Assembly (NCBI GenBank): GCA_030696105.1
Contig: JAUYNJ010000004.1
Location: forward strand, 141,872 to 205,871
Direction: 5' to 3'
DNA from: a bacterium
GTDB lineage: Bacteria; Patescibacteriota; Patescibacteriia; Patescibacteriales; UBA12465
Length of the DNA: 64,000 nucleotides
Positions 19,400 through 28,953 of the stretch are shown here, one piece after another. The translations under genes and the position numbers were made by a program. Positions within the stretch are counted from its first letter, which is position 1. Each line of letters begins with the position of its first letter. Under the pieces are notes generated by a model, which was not told the DNA's origin, searched no databases, and saw only the letters and a program-made list of their open reading frames with translations.

Positions 19400-20371
19400 T
19401 TATTTACTATCTTTAATTGCGCGCCACCAAGCTTCATTATCCTGATACCACTGCACTGTTTCACGCATTCCCTCTTCGAAACTAATTTCTGGTTTCCAGC
19501 CCAGCTCATTTTTTGCCTTACTAAAATCAATAGCGTAGCGAAGATCATGACCCGGTCTATCAGTCACATACTCTATTGCCTCTTCGCCCTTACCCATTAG
19601 GTCTAAAATTTTGTGAGTAATTTGTAAATTCGTGCGCTCACTATCACCACCTAGGCAATAGGTTTCACCAATTTTCCCGTGCATTATAATTGACTCAACG
19701 CCGCGATTGTGGTCACGGACATGAATCCAATCTCGGACATTACTGCCCTGACCATACACCGGCACTTGTTTGCCGTCAATAAGGTTCGTAATGAAGAGGG
19801 GGATGAGCTTTTCTGGGTACTGAAAAGGACCGTAATTATTAGAGCAATTTGAGATTGTTATCGGCAGGCCATGAGTATGATAATAAGCACGCACCAAATG
19901 GTCAGAGGAGGCCTTAGAGGCACTATAGGGCGAACGGGGGTCATAAGGAGTTAACTCATTAAAGGGTTCGTCAGTAAGAGATAAAGCGCCAAACACCTCA
20001 TCGGTTGAAATATGATGAAAACGGATATTACCATTTTTCTTTGCAGCATCCAGGAGAACGCGGGTACCTTCAATATTTGTGCGCACAAAGTCAGCGCTAT
20101 TTAAAATCGAACGATCAACGTGACTCTCGGCGGCAAAGTGAATAACAATATCAACACCTGGCATTAGAGTGTCGATAAGAGCGCCATCGGCGATGTCACC
20201 TTTTACAAAAGAATAATTCGGAGAATTCTCAACGCTTTTCAGGTTATTTAAATTACCGGCATAGGTAAGAGCATCAAGATTAATCACTTGATCAGAAGGA
20301 TATTTCTCGAGCCAGTATAAAATAAAATTGGAGCCGATAAAGCCGGCTCCGCCGGTGACTAACAATTTCAT
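19400..20371 (-). CDS. rfbB: dTDP-glucose 4,6-dehydratase
   Basis: 323 aa. TGGAGFIGSNF, HISTDEVFG, YSASKASSDHLVRAY. Confidence 0.9.
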   Translation of the reverse strand: MKLLVTGGAGFIGSNFILYWLEKYPSDQVINLDALTYAGNLNNLKSVENSPNYSFVKGDIADGALIDTLMPGVDIVIHFAAESHVDRSILNSADFVRTNIEGTRVLLDAAKKNGNIRFHHISTDEVFGALSLTDEPFNELTPYDPRSPYSASKASSDHLVRAYYHTHGLPITISNCSNNYGPFQYPEKLIPLFITNLIDGKQVPVYGQGSNVRDWIHVRDHNRGVESIIMHGKIGETYCLGGDSERTNLQITHKILDLMGKGEEAIEYVTDRPGHDLRYAIDFSKAKNELGWKPEISFEEGMRETVQWYQDNEAWWRAIKDSK

Positions 20372-20374
20372 AAT

Positions 20375-20770
20375 TTATGATTTTAATTTATTCATTGTGT
20401 CTTCTTCTTCTCCCTCGGCATACTTGTTGTCTGGCCAGCGATTCAAACCATCTCCGGCTTTTCGCGGAATCAAATGGAAATGTATGTGTGAAATCACTTG
20501 TCCCGCAACAGGATCATTGTTTTCTAAGACATTATAGCCATCATAGGCCAGATTTTCTTTAATCTTTTTTCCAATCTTTTTCACTGCCAGAATTAAGGCT
20601 GTCAAATCATCGCTTTCTATTGCCTCAAGATTAGCTACGTGTTTTTTTGGAATAACTAGAGTATGACCAACGTGAACTGGCGTGATATCAAGGAAAGCGA
20701 GCACGCGCTCATCTTCATACACTTTGTAGGCAGGAATTTCGCCAGCAATAATTTTGCAAAATACGCACAT
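20375..20770 (-). CDS. HIT (histidine triad) family hydrolase
   Basis: CVFCKIIAGEIPA and HIHFHLIPR. I place the start at MCVFCK (20770), which avoids overlap with the upstream cupin gene. The track start is 20842. Confidence 0.85.
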   Translation of the reverse strand: MCVFCKIIAGEIPAYKVYEDERVLAFLDITPVHVGHTLVIPKKHVANLEAIESDDLTALILAVKKIGKKIKENLAYDGYNVLENNDPVAGQVISHIHFHLIPRKAGDGLNRWPDNKYAEGEEEDTMNKLKS

Positions 20771-20786
20771 AGATTTAAATTTATAA

Positions 20787-21236
20787 TTAAATCTTAAAAG
20801 GACTTTCGGGATCTTGTTCCCAGCGAATTTCATCAATTTCATCTTGCTTCATCACACCCTTATACAATTTGTCAGGCATATTAATTGAGAGTGCTGGAAC
20901 TTCAGAGATGCACTGATAGCCATGAACAACACCCGGTGGCACTAACACTGAGCAAGGATTACCCTCGCCGACTTCAAGCTCCATCTTTTCTCCCTTCGTA
21001 CTTGAGCCCTCGCGTCTGTCCCAAAGGTGTAAACGAAAACGGCCCGGGCCGATGAAAATAAAAAAATCACTTTGATAAACATGTTCATGAGGTCCGCGAA
21101 CAACACTCGGTAATGTGAGACTGACATAAGACATCGCTGGCGTTAAATCAACGCCGTCGCGTCGATAAATTTCCGACAACCAGCCGCGCTCATCTTCAAA
21201 CTGACCAATACTTTTTACAATGACACCATTAATCAT
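20787..21236 (-). CDS. RmlC-like cupin (dTDP-4-dehydrorhamnose 3,5-epimerase family)
   Basis: 149 aa. FEDERGWLSEIYR, VRGPHEH, VPPGVVHGY. Shorter than typical RmlC, so the activity is uncertain. Confidence 0.65.
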   Translation of the reverse strand: MINGVIVKSIGQFEDERGWLSEIYRRDGVDLTPAMSYVSLTLPSVVRGPHEHVYQSDFFIFIGPGRFRLHLWDRREGSSTKGEKMELEVGEGNPCSVLVPPGVVHGYQCISEVPALSINMPDKLYKGVMKQDEIDEIRWEQDPESPFKI

Positions 21237-21240
21237 ATGT

Positions 21241-22224
21241 TTATTTCATTTTTCTTAAATCCAACAAACCGCCTTGAGCGCCGTAATGTGCAATTTTGGA
21301 AGCGGTATTTTTTGCGCTCATCAGTAATGACTTTTTAATGTTGCCGCCTGTCAGCTCTAATCCGGCAATGAAGGAGGAATTAAAGGCATCACCAACACCG
21401 GTGATATCAACACGCTTCTTTTCTTTAATAATACCCTGGTGATAGAACTTGTGGCCATCGTAAACGTCGGCACCATCACTACCAGAAGTAATAAGCACCA
21501 TCTTCGGGCCGGCGTTTTTCAGAATCACCAATAAATTTTCGGTGTTATTTAAGAAAGCTGCTTTTTTCTTCGCATAGCGCTCATCACTCATCACGAGCTC
21601 AATCGCCTCATCTTTATTCACACAAAAGACATCAGTTCTCTTTAAAAATGGGCTGAGTTTTTTTAATCCAAGCTGATATTGAGCGGCACCTGGGTTCCAG
21701 GCAATGCGAGGACCGGGAATAGAAAAAATATTACGTGCCGCCGGAAGCCATGATCCTGACAAAGATGTAATATACAGCCACTTACCAAGGCTAAGCAAAG
21801 ACATTTCATTCTTAGTGATACTTAAATTATTATTCGCTGAGCGACTACTAAAAATAACGCGCTCGCCGCTCGCTGTGACAAGCACAAAAGAAAGACCGCT
21901 CGGTTCTTTCTGATCAATTGCTAATAGACGGGTTGATACCCCGCGAGCCACTAAATTGGCGGCGATTTCGCGGCCATGGTGATCATTTCCAATTTTAGCC
22001 AAACAAGCGACCTCGAAACCAGAATTAGCAAAATTCACCGCAGCATTAACGGCGCCTCCGCCAAATAGATTGTAAAACTTATCCACCTTAATCTTAGCGC
22101 CGTATTCAAAGGCTAGTAAATTTTGGCGCAAAAGATCGCCTTTATTACCGACAAGAATACCTTCATCGGTAAAAAAGCTGATATCTCGCGTTGCCCCGCC
22201 AATTGTAATTACGTCGTATTTCAT
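21241..22224 (-). CDS. PfkB-family carbohydrate kinase
   Basis: 327 aa. GGGAVNAAVNFA, and DITGVGDAFNSSFIAG near the C-terminus. Confidence 0.85.
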   Translation of the reverse strand: MKYDVITIGGATRDISFFTDEGILVGNKGDLLRQNLLAFEYGAKIKVDKFYNLFGGGAVNAAVNFANSGFEVACLAKIGNDHHGREIAANLVARGVSTRLLAIDQKEPSGLSFVLVTASGERVIFSSRSANNNLSITKNEMSLLSLGKWLYITSLSGSWLPAARNIFSIPGPRIAWNPGAAQYQLGLKKLSPFLKRTDVFCVNKDEAIELVMSDERYAKKKAAFLNNTENLLVILKNAGPKMVLITSGSDGADVYDGHKFYHQGIIKEKKRVDITGVGDAFNSSFIAGLELTGGNIKKSLLMSAKNTASKIAHYGAQGGLLDLRKMK

Positions 22225-22254
22225 ATGTTTAATTTGCTAATATGATAGCATAAA

Positions 22255-22794
22255 TCAGCGTTTTTTCAAAAAGAAGGGCTGAAAGCGTCGACTGACGACC
22301 GCAAGGAGATTAAAGAATAGTCCGACAGCCACGAGACCAAGCAGCAGACTCCAGCCAAGTGATTCCCAGAAGGAGCCGCGGATTAAAAAGAAGCGATTCA
22401 CATTTTCCGATAAATCAAAAACTGACAGCAAGATGTTGCTTATAAAAGCCTCAGAAATAATGCCAATGGCGGTTAAAAGTAAGAACGAATACAAAGAGCG
22501 GTTAGTAAGAAGGTTTTCCAAAATAAGATAAACGATTACTACGCTCAAAGTTAAAGACAAAATCGAAATGCCGAAGGGGTGAAACCCTAGAATATCTAAA
22601 AACCAACCCATCGCGGCCGCCAAAAACCAAGCACGGTCCCGACTAACAAGCAGAAAGGCAAAAATAATAGCGACAACCGGCAAATCAAAGTTACTAATCG
22701 GCCAAGGCAAGGCGCTCACTAATGAAAATTGCGCCAGTGCAAGGGCGCCGGCGCCGAGAAACAAAAACAGATATTGAATAATCCGCTTATACAT
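22255..22794 (-). CDS. mreD: Rod-shape protein MreD (by position and topology)
   Basis: 179 aa polytopic membrane protein directly downstream of mreC. Sequence conservation in this family is weak. Confidence 0.6.
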   Translation of the reverse strand: MYKRIIQYLFLFLGAGALALAQFSLVSALPWPISNFDLPVVAIIFAFLLVSRDRAWFLAAAMGWFLDILGFHPFGISILSLTLSVVIVYLILENLLTNRSLYSFLLLTAIGIISEAFISNILLSVFDLSENVNRFFLIRGSFWESLGWSLLLGLVAVGLFFNLLAVVSRRFQPFFLKKR

Positions 22795-22797
22795 AAG

Positions 22798-23610
22798 TTA
22801 TGGTAACACCACCGACACGACCGTTAGATTATGCAGTGAAGCCAGTGGTTCAATAGTGACGTCCTGCCAAATTTCATTACTCTGATTATTAACTTGAGAA
22901 ACGCGACCGATAACTAACCCACGCGGAATACTATCGCCTAAACCGGAAGTAATGATAATATCCTCTGGCGCAATCTTTTCAATTTGCGGGATGAAATTCA
23001 TTTTAATTGTTAAGCCCAATTCGCCGTCGGATAAGCCAATTGTTTGTGTGCTGTTAATGATAGCCGCTGCTAACTGACAACCTGAATCTGTCGTAAGACA
23101 AGCACGAGCGCTATTAGCTCTTACCTCCACGATTTTGCCAATAATAACACCGACTTCGTTGATAACGCCTAGTCCGCTGCGAATGCCATCAAGCGAACCT
23201 TTGTCAATAATAATATCGCGACCACCAGCCGTATCAAATAGATTTTGACGAGAAACAATGTTCGCGCTTATGACCTTATAATTATTACTACTAACAAAAT
23301 TTAATTGTTCCCTAAGTTTGTCATTCTCTTCGGCGAGTAATAGGAGTTGCGACTGATCGATATTAGCGGCAGCGAGCCGATTCTTCATCACCTCAAGCTC
23401 CAGTGCTAAATCCTCACTGGTTTTTTCTGCGTCTGGATTTTTTTGTGCGGCCGCACCAAGACCGTGAAGATTACGCGCCAGCGGACTCACCGCTTTAGAA
23501 ATGAAATTCTCAAGAGGCTTACTTAAACCGGCAAGATGCAACAATAAGAGTAGGCCAATTGCCCCGACCCAACGCCAAATCTTCTTTTGTTTCTTCCAGT
23601 TAAGCATCAT
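22798..23610 (-). CDS. mreC: Rod-shape protein MreC
   Basis: 270 aa. N-terminal TM, coiled-coil (LELEVMKNRL...ENDKLREQL), then a beta-rich domain with SLDGIRSGLGVI and VIGRVSQV. Confidence 0.85.
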   Translation of the reverse strand: MMLNWKKQKKIWRWVGAIGLLLLLHLAGLSKPLENFISKAVSPLARNLHGLGAAAQKNPDAEKTSEDLALELEVMKNRLAAANIDQSQLLLLAEENDKLREQLNFVSSNNYKVISANIVSRQNLFDTAGGRDIIIDKGSLDGIRSGLGVINEVGVIIGKIVEVRANSARACLTTDSGCQLAAAIINSTQTIGLSDGELGLTIKMNFIPQIEKIAPEDIIITSGLGDSIPRGLVIGRVSQVNNQSNEIWQDVTIEPLASLHNLTVVSVVLP

Positions 23611-23613
23611 ATC

Positions 23614-24675
23614 TTATTTATCCAGAGAGACATTGCCTAAAGTCACCTTAGCGAGTAGTTCTGGGTCGCTTATTAAGATGCCGGTACCGCGCACCACGCA
23701 GGTTAGCGGATCGTCGACAATTTTGACTGGAATTTTTGCGGCCATAGAGATAGCCTGATTAAGGCCACGGAGTAAGGCGCCGCCGCCAGAAAGATAAATA
23801 CCGCGCTCATAAATATCCGCAACAAGCTCCGGTGGGGTCGTTTCTAAAATTGTTTTTATGTTTTCAATAATTTTGCCGACTGTGCGACCAATCGCTTCTC
23901 TTATCTGTTTATCGTTCACAATAATGGCTTTAGGCAGGCCGTTAATTAAATCGCGCCCACGCACTTCCATCTCCTGTGATTCCCCGCTTGTTAAAGCAGA
24001 ACCGATATTAATTTTAATTTCTTCAGCGAGTTGCTCGCCGATTAAAATATTAAACTCTTCACGAATATAATCGATAATATTGTTATCAAATTCGTTACCG
24101 GCTAGTCTTAAAGACTTCCAGGTGACAACGCCGCCCAAAGAAATAACGGCGATTTCGGTGCTACCACCACCAATATCAACAATCATCGTTGCTGTTGCCT
24201 CGGTTACTGGTAAATGCGCGCCGACAGCTGAAGCCATCGCTTCTTCCACTAAATACACCTTACGTGCCCCAGCTGAGCGCGCGGCATCCTCAACCGCCTT
24301 CTTCTCTACTTCTGTTAAGTCAAGCGGAATGCCTATCACAACTCGTGGGCGTGGAATAAGAGCGAAGTGTTCGCGGTGAGCTTTTGTAATAAAATACTTA
24401 AGCATTTTCTCGGTCACTTCGAAATCAGAAATTACACCATCAACCAGCGGTTTAATAGTCTCAATGTGAGCCGGTGTCTTGCCGACCATTTTTTTAGCGG
24501 CGGCACCGACTTCAAGAATTTCATTCGTACGCTTATTAATCGCAACGACTGAAGGTTCATTGATAACAAGTCCCTTATCAGCCATCACCACCAGCGTATT
24601 TTTAGTACCGAGGTCGATACCGAGGTCGTGAGAAAATCTGCCTAATAGTTTATTGAACATATGCGGTAAGTTCAT
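23614..24675 (-). CDS. mreB: Actin-like rod-shape protein MreB (copy 2, heads mreCD)
   Basis: 353 aa. LGIDLGTKNT, DIGGGSTE, YLSGGGALLRGL. The start may be MFNKLL (24660). Confidence 0.9.
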   Translation of the reverse strand: MNLPHMFNKLLGRFSHDLGIDLGTKNTLVVMADKGLVINEPSVVAINKRTNEILEVGAAAKKMVGKTPAHIETIKPLVDGVISDFEVTEKMLKYFITKAHREHFALIPRPRVVIGIPLDLTEVEKKAVEDAARSAGARKVYLVEEAMASAVGAHLPVTEATATMIVDIGGGSTEIAVISLGGVVTWKSLRLAGNEFDNNIIDYIREEFNILIGEQLAEEIKINIGSALTSGESQEMEVRGRDLINGLPKAIIVNDKQIREAIGRTVGKIIENIKTILETTPPELVADIYERGIYLSGGGALLRGLNQAISMAAKIPVKIVDDPLTCVVRGTGILISDPELLAKVTLGNVSLDK

Positions 24676-25876
24676 TTATTTTAATTAATTCAGCTGTTGT
24701 CTCTTCTCGTTTTTTTACTTCCGCACTTTCGGCTTCAAGCGTCTTCTTGCTAATCAGAACCCGATAGGGGCAGCCGATTAAATCAGCATCAGCAAATTTT
24801 TCGCCAGCGGACACGTCGCGGTCATCGTATAAAACTTCAACGCCAGCTTCGGTTAAATTCTTATAAATTTCATCGGCTTTTTCATTTACATTAAGCGAGA
24901 GGAGGTGAACTCTAAACGGGGCAATGTATTCTGGCCAGATAATACCTCTCTCATCGTGACTTGATTCGACAACTGTACCCATAATGCGGCTCAGCCCGAT
25001 GCCAAAACAACCCATCACCACCGGCTTTTTTGCACCGCTTGCATCACTGTAGCCAAGAGCAAAGGCGTCTGAGTACTTGGTACCTAATTTAAAAATGTTA
25101 CCGACTTCAACCGCCTTCTCTTCCCTCAATTCAGAGCTGCCACAGGTGGGACAGGTATTTTGCTCAGCGATAATCTCCTTATTAATCGCCAAGCGACATT
25201 TATCACAAATATAAATTATATCTTCTCCTGATTCTGTGAGAGTTTGATATTCATGTGAATACTTTGAGAAGGAGCCGCCAGAGGCAAAAGTGAAATAAGT
25301 CTTTTCACCCAAACCAACGCGGTCAAAAATACGCGTATAAGCATCGGAGACGCGATCATAATACGCATCTAAGCCTGCTTGATCAAGATGAAAAGAATAC
25401 AAATCCTTCATTAAAAATTCGCGGCCACGTAGTAAACCTGCCTTGGCTCTTTTTTCATTTCTAAACTTTGTTTGTATTTGAAAAACAGCAAAAGGTAATT
25501 CGCGATATGAATAGATAAATTTTTTAGCCAGTGGTGTTACCACTTCTTCATGAGTCGGATTAAGGGCATATTCTTTTTTATCAGAGGCAGCAATCTTAAA
25601 AAGAATATCTAAAGATTCCCAGCGACCAGTGCTCTCCCAATTTTCTTTAGGCGCAAAGGCGGGCATGCTAATTTCTTGACCCTCAACAGAAAACATCTCT
25701 TCTCTAATGATTTCTCTAATTTTATTTAAAACACGAAGACCGAGCGGCAGAAAAGAATAAACACCGGCTGCGACCTTATCAATAAAGCCGGCGCGCAGCA
25801 GGGCTTGAGCGTTGTAACTTGTTTCGTCCTTCGGCAACTCTTTCAGAGTGCGGGTAAATAATTGAGTTTGTCTCAT
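24650..25876 (-). CDS. proS: Prolyl-tRNA synthetase, bacterial type, lacking the INS editing domain
   Basis: 408 aa. Motif 2 FRNEKRAKAGLLRGREFLMKD. Motif 3 GCFGIGLSRIMG. EVGNIFKLGTKYS. Anticodon-binding C-terminus. CDKC-x14-CPTC sits where INS normally lies. Confidence 0.9.
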   Translation of the reverse strand: MRQTQLFTRTLKELPKDETSYNAQALLRAGFIDKVAAGVYSFLPLGLRVLNKIREIIREEMFSVEGQEISMPAFAPKENWESTGRWESLDILFKIAASDKKEYALNPTHEEVVTPLAKKFIYSYRELPFAVFQIQTKFRNEKRAKAGLLRGREFLMKDLYSFHLDQAGLDAYYDRVSDAYTRIFDRVGLGEKTYFTFASGGSFSKYSHEYQTLTESGEDIIYICDKCRLAINKEIIAEQNTCPTCGSSELREEKAVEVGNIFKLGTKYSDAFALGYSDASGAKKPVVMGCFGIGLSRIMGTVVESSHDERGIIWPEYIAPFRVHLLSLNVNEKADEIYKNLTEAGVEVLYDDRDVSAGEKFADADLIGCPYRVLISKKTLEAESAEVKKREETTAELIKINELTAYVQ

Positions 25877-25886
25877 AATAAATATT

Positions 25887-26474
25887 TTAAATCCTTTTAC
25901 CTAATCTTTTTAAAGCTGTCTTTACACGTTCACCACTGTCAGTCAGCGTTGTGTCAACTTCATTTAAAGCTGCACGTGCATCTTGCATCGAGTAACCGAG
26001 GGCAATTAAGGCATCAAGCTCATCACCGTAACTCGTTGACATTGACGGTGCACCGAGCGAGCCACCGCTCATTATTTTACCAACCTTATTTTTTAACTCT
26101 AACACGACTCTCTCCGCTGTCTTTTTGCCGATGCCGGCAACCTTCGTTAATAATTCAGCGTCGCCGCGTAAAACTGCCTCACGCACATCATCAACTGTCG
26201 CGATAGACATAACTCCGAGAGCCGACTTTGGTCCGACCCCGGAAACTGATAACAATAATCCAAACATTTCCAATTCTTCTACGTTACGGAATCCATACAA
26301 ATCCGAAGCATCCTCACGGACGATATGTGAGAGGTAGAATTCGCGGTCTTCAGCAATTTTAATTGAACCTAACAAAGACTCGCCGGCAAATATTTGGTAG
26401 CCGACGTTATTTACGTCTAATATTACGTAATTATTTCCTTTTGCCAAAACCTGGCCGCGCAGATATGCGAGCAT
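25887..26474 (-). CDS. ruvA: Holliday junction branch-migration protein RuvA
   Basis: 195 aa. MLAYLRGQV..., HhH motifs SVSGVGPKSAL and VAGIGKKTAERV. Confidence 0.9.
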   Translation of the reverse strand: MLAYLRGQVLAKGNNYVILDVNNVGYQIFAGESLLGSIKIAEDREFYLSHIVREDASDLYGFRNVEELEMFGLLLSVSGVGPKSALGVMSIATVDDVREAVLRGDAELLTKVAGIGKKTAERVVLELKNKVGKIMSGGSLGAPSMSTSYGDELDALIALGYSMQDARAALNEVDTTLTDSGERVKTALKRLGKRI

Positions 26475-26541
26475 ATATTCTTAGTATAGTATATCCTCCG
26501 ATATAATAAAATCTTGACGAAATCAGCTATAAAAGCCAGCC

Positions 26542-27453
26542 CTATTTTAAGCCTCTAAGACGAGCAATACGCTCATCAATGGGCGGGTGAGTCATCTGTA
26601 GTTTTGTAAACCAAGAGATCTTGCCTCGAGCCTCCCTCTCTTTAAACGGAGTCACAATGTACATGTGTGCCGTTGCCCGGTTCGCAGCCTCAAGCGGCTC
26701 CCTGTCGGCGCTCAGCTTCTCTAAAGCGCGAGCTAGGCCTTCAGGGTAACGCGTTAACAAAGCGGCGTCAGCGTCAGCAGCAAATTCTCGTTTGCGCGAA
26801 ACTGCGAGCTTAAGTAATTGGGCAAATAGAGGGGCGAGAATAGCAAAAGCAATCGCCACCACGACCATGATAGTGCCGACCTGACTGTTATTATTATTAT
26901 CACGCCGATTACCACCCAAGAAAGACCAATGTCGAAACCAGTCAGCGAGAAGTACGACAATGCCGACTAAAACGGTAGCGACAGTAGCAATTAAGATGTC
27001 ACGATTACCGACGTGTGATAATTCATGAGCAATAACTCCCTCCAGTTCAGTCTTTTCGAGTTTACCTAAGATGCCGGAGGTAAAAGCAATTGCCGCGTGC
27101 TTCGGATCGCGTCCAGTCGCAAAGGCATTAGGGGCGCTATCTTCAATAATATAAATTTTTGGTATCGGCAAACCAGCGGTAATACAAAGATTTTCTACAA
27201 GCCGATAGAGCTCACGTCCATTATTACGATCTACCTGCTTAGCACCCGACATCGACAACACAATCTTATCGCTATACCAGTAACTGATAAAGCTCATCAA
27301 GGTGCTGATGATTACCGCTATCGGCAAGATAAGGGGTTGATCCATCGCCATGGCGAAGAAATAGCCGACGACGATAATAAAGACGAAAAACCCGGTCATC
27401 AAAAACCAGGTTTTTCTTTTATTGACCGCGCTGTAATTATATAGGTTGGTCAT
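26542..27453 (-). CDS. htpX: M48 zinc metalloprotease HtpX
   Basis: 303 aa. HELSHVGNRD, four TM segments, C-terminal THPPIDERI. Confidence 0.9.
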   Translation of the reverse strand: MTNLYNYSAVNKRKTWFLMTGFFVFIIVVGYFFAMAMDQPLILPIAVIISTLMSFISYWYSDKIVLSMSGAKQVDRNNGRELYRLVENLCITAGLPIPKIYIIEDSAPNAFATGRDPKHAAIAFTSGILGKLEKTELEGVIAHELSHVGNRDILIATVATVLVGIVVLLADWFRHWSFLGGNRRDNNNNSQVGTIMVVVAIAFAILAPLFAQLLKLAVSRKREFAADADAALLTRYPEGLARALEKLSADREPLEAANRATAHMYIVTPFKEREARGKISWFTKLQMTHPPIDERIARLRGLK

Positions 27454-27462
27454 ATGAGTTCA

Positions 27463-28224
27463 TTATTTATTTTCCCTATCCATCTTCTTCACAAAGCCAT
27501 CAAAGGCTCTAAGTATTTCTACCGGTGTAACAAAGACAACGGTGTTAGATTGATCAGAGGATAAATCATTAATTGACTGCAAGGTGCGAAGATGAAGAGC
27601 CCCCGGTGTTTCCGCTAGTGTTTTTGCGGCATGAGCAATGTTTGAGGCCGCAGCCAATTCACCTTCGGAATTAATGATAACAGCTCTCTTCTCTCTTTCC
27701 GCTTCAGCTTGTTTAGCAATTGTGCGTTCCATTGATTCCGGCAAAGACACATCTTTCAGTTCCACGTTATTTACCTTGATTCCCCATTCATCCGTTTCTT
27801 TGTCGACGATTTCGCGAATGCGGTCAGCAATCTTTTCGCGCTGACCAAGTAATTCATCAAGAGTTGCTTCACCAACGATATTACGCATCGTTGTCTGTGC
27901 ATATTGGGAAATGGCGTACTGAAAATTTTCAACTTCGATAATCGCTTTCTCGGCAGCGGCTACTTTGTAGTAGATGACAGCGTTAACAGTCACCGGCACG
28001 TTGTCGCGAGTTATCGCACGCTGATCAGGAACATCAACTGCCTTGATGCGAACATCGACTTTGCGGAAGGTCTGGAAAATTGGGATTAATAAGCGCCAAC
28101 CCGGTTGCATTACGTAAGAATAGCGACCCATAGTAAAGACCACTCCCCGTTCATATTGATTAACCTGCTTTAAAAAAGCCAGGAGCACAATAGCAATAAA
28201 AATAATTAAATAAATCCAAGTCAT
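27463..28224 (-). CDS. SPFH/band 7 (stomatin/prohibitin-like) membrane protein
   Basis: 253 aa. N-terminal TM, then YERGVVFTMGRY..., and a coiled AEAEREKRA region. Confidence 0.85.
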   Translation of the reverse strand: MTWIYLIIFIAIVLLAFLKQVNQYERGVVFTMGRYSYVMQPGWRLLIPIFQTFRKVDVRIKAVDVPDQRAITRDNVPVTVNAVIYYKVAAAEKAIIEVENFQYAISQYAQTTMRNIVGEATLDELLGQREKIADRIREIVDKETDEWGIKVNNVELKDVSLPESMERTIAKQAEAEREKRAVIINSEGELAAASNIAHAAKTLAETPGALHLRTLQSINDLSSDQSNTVVFVTPVEILRAFDGFVKKMDRENK

Positions 28225-28280
28225 ATATTTTTTATTTTTCAGCTCTTTTTAGAAAAAGAGCATAAGAAATTAATAATATT

Positions 28281-28838
28281 TTAAAACTTTACCGCCACCA
28301 CCTCTTTTTCTCCTTCAGCCGCTTCAAAAAAAGTGTAGACCTTAAAACCAAGCATGCGCCCAAAAATATTGGTTGGGAATATCTGTAATTTAGTATTGAA
28401 ATCACGAACGTTAGTATTATAGAAACGACGTGAGGCCATAATCTTATCTTCGGTATCAGTTAAATCGCGTTGTAATTCTAAGAAGTTTTGATTAGCTTTT
28501 AAATCAGGATAACTTTCGGCTAAGGCAAAAATTGATTTTAAGGCAGTGGTTAAATTATTTTCCGCCTTAAGCATGTCCTCAGAATTGTTGCTTGATTGAG
28601 CACTCATTGCCTGATTACGAGCATTTATTACCTTAGTAAAAGTTTCCTGCTCATGACTAGCATAACCCTTTACCGTTTCAACTAGATTCGGGATCAAATC
28701 GTGACGACGCTTTAATTGCACATCAATGTCACTCCAAGCTTCATCCACTCTATTTTTAGAGCGAATTAAGGCATTGTACATGCCCATAAGAATGAAGGCT
28801 AAAATAACGATAATAGCTAGAATAATCCATGAAGTCAT
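28281..28838 (-). CDS. lemA: LemA family protein
   Basis: 185 aa. N-terminal TM, YNALIRSKNRVDEAWSDIDVQLKRRHDLIPNLV, and RRFYNTNVRDFN. Confidence 0.9.
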   Translation of the reverse strand: MTSWIILAIIVILAFILMGMYNALIRSKNRVDEAWSDIDVQLKRRHDLIPNLVETVKGYASHEQETFTKVINARNQAMSAQSSNNSEDMLKAENNLTTALKSIFALAESYPDLKANQNFLELQRDLTDTEDKIMASRRFYNTNVRDFNTKLQIFPTNIFGRMLGFKVYTFFEAAEGEKEVVAVKF

Positions 28839-28883
28839 ATTTTTTTAATTATTTTTTATATTTTTTAATTAATTTGCCCCATT

Positions 28884-28912
28884 ATTATAGCAAAATTATT
28901 GTATTTTGTCCA
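28884..28912 (-). promoter_or_regulatory. Sigma70-type promoter for the lemA-SPFH-htpX operon
   Basis: The minus strand reads TGGACA-17 nt-TATAAT (-35 at 28912-28907, -10 at 28889-28884), 45 nt upstream of the lemA ATG. Confidence 0.55.
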
Positions 28913-28923
28913 CAGAAAATTAA

Positions 28924-28953
28924 AATTTGGCTGCGACAAATTTGGCTGCGACA
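28924..28953. repeat. Perfect tandem direct repeat, 2 x 15 bp (aatttggctgcgaca)
   Basis: Read directly: 28924-28938 equals 28939-28953. Lies 11 bp upstream of the lemA -35 box and is followed by TTGACA on the plus strand (28955-28960). Confidence 0.9.

Noticed and set aside
28242-28261. GCTCTTTTT-ag-AAAAAGAGC hairpin between lemA and the SPFH gene as a terminator.
   Set aside because: No T-run follows on the transcribed (minus) strand, and the loop is minimal. It is more likely an intra-operon stem or chance A/T symmetry.
28924-28953. Tandem 15-mers as a possible CRISPR array or minisatellite.
   Set aside because: There are only two abutting copies, no spacers and no cas genes in the window.
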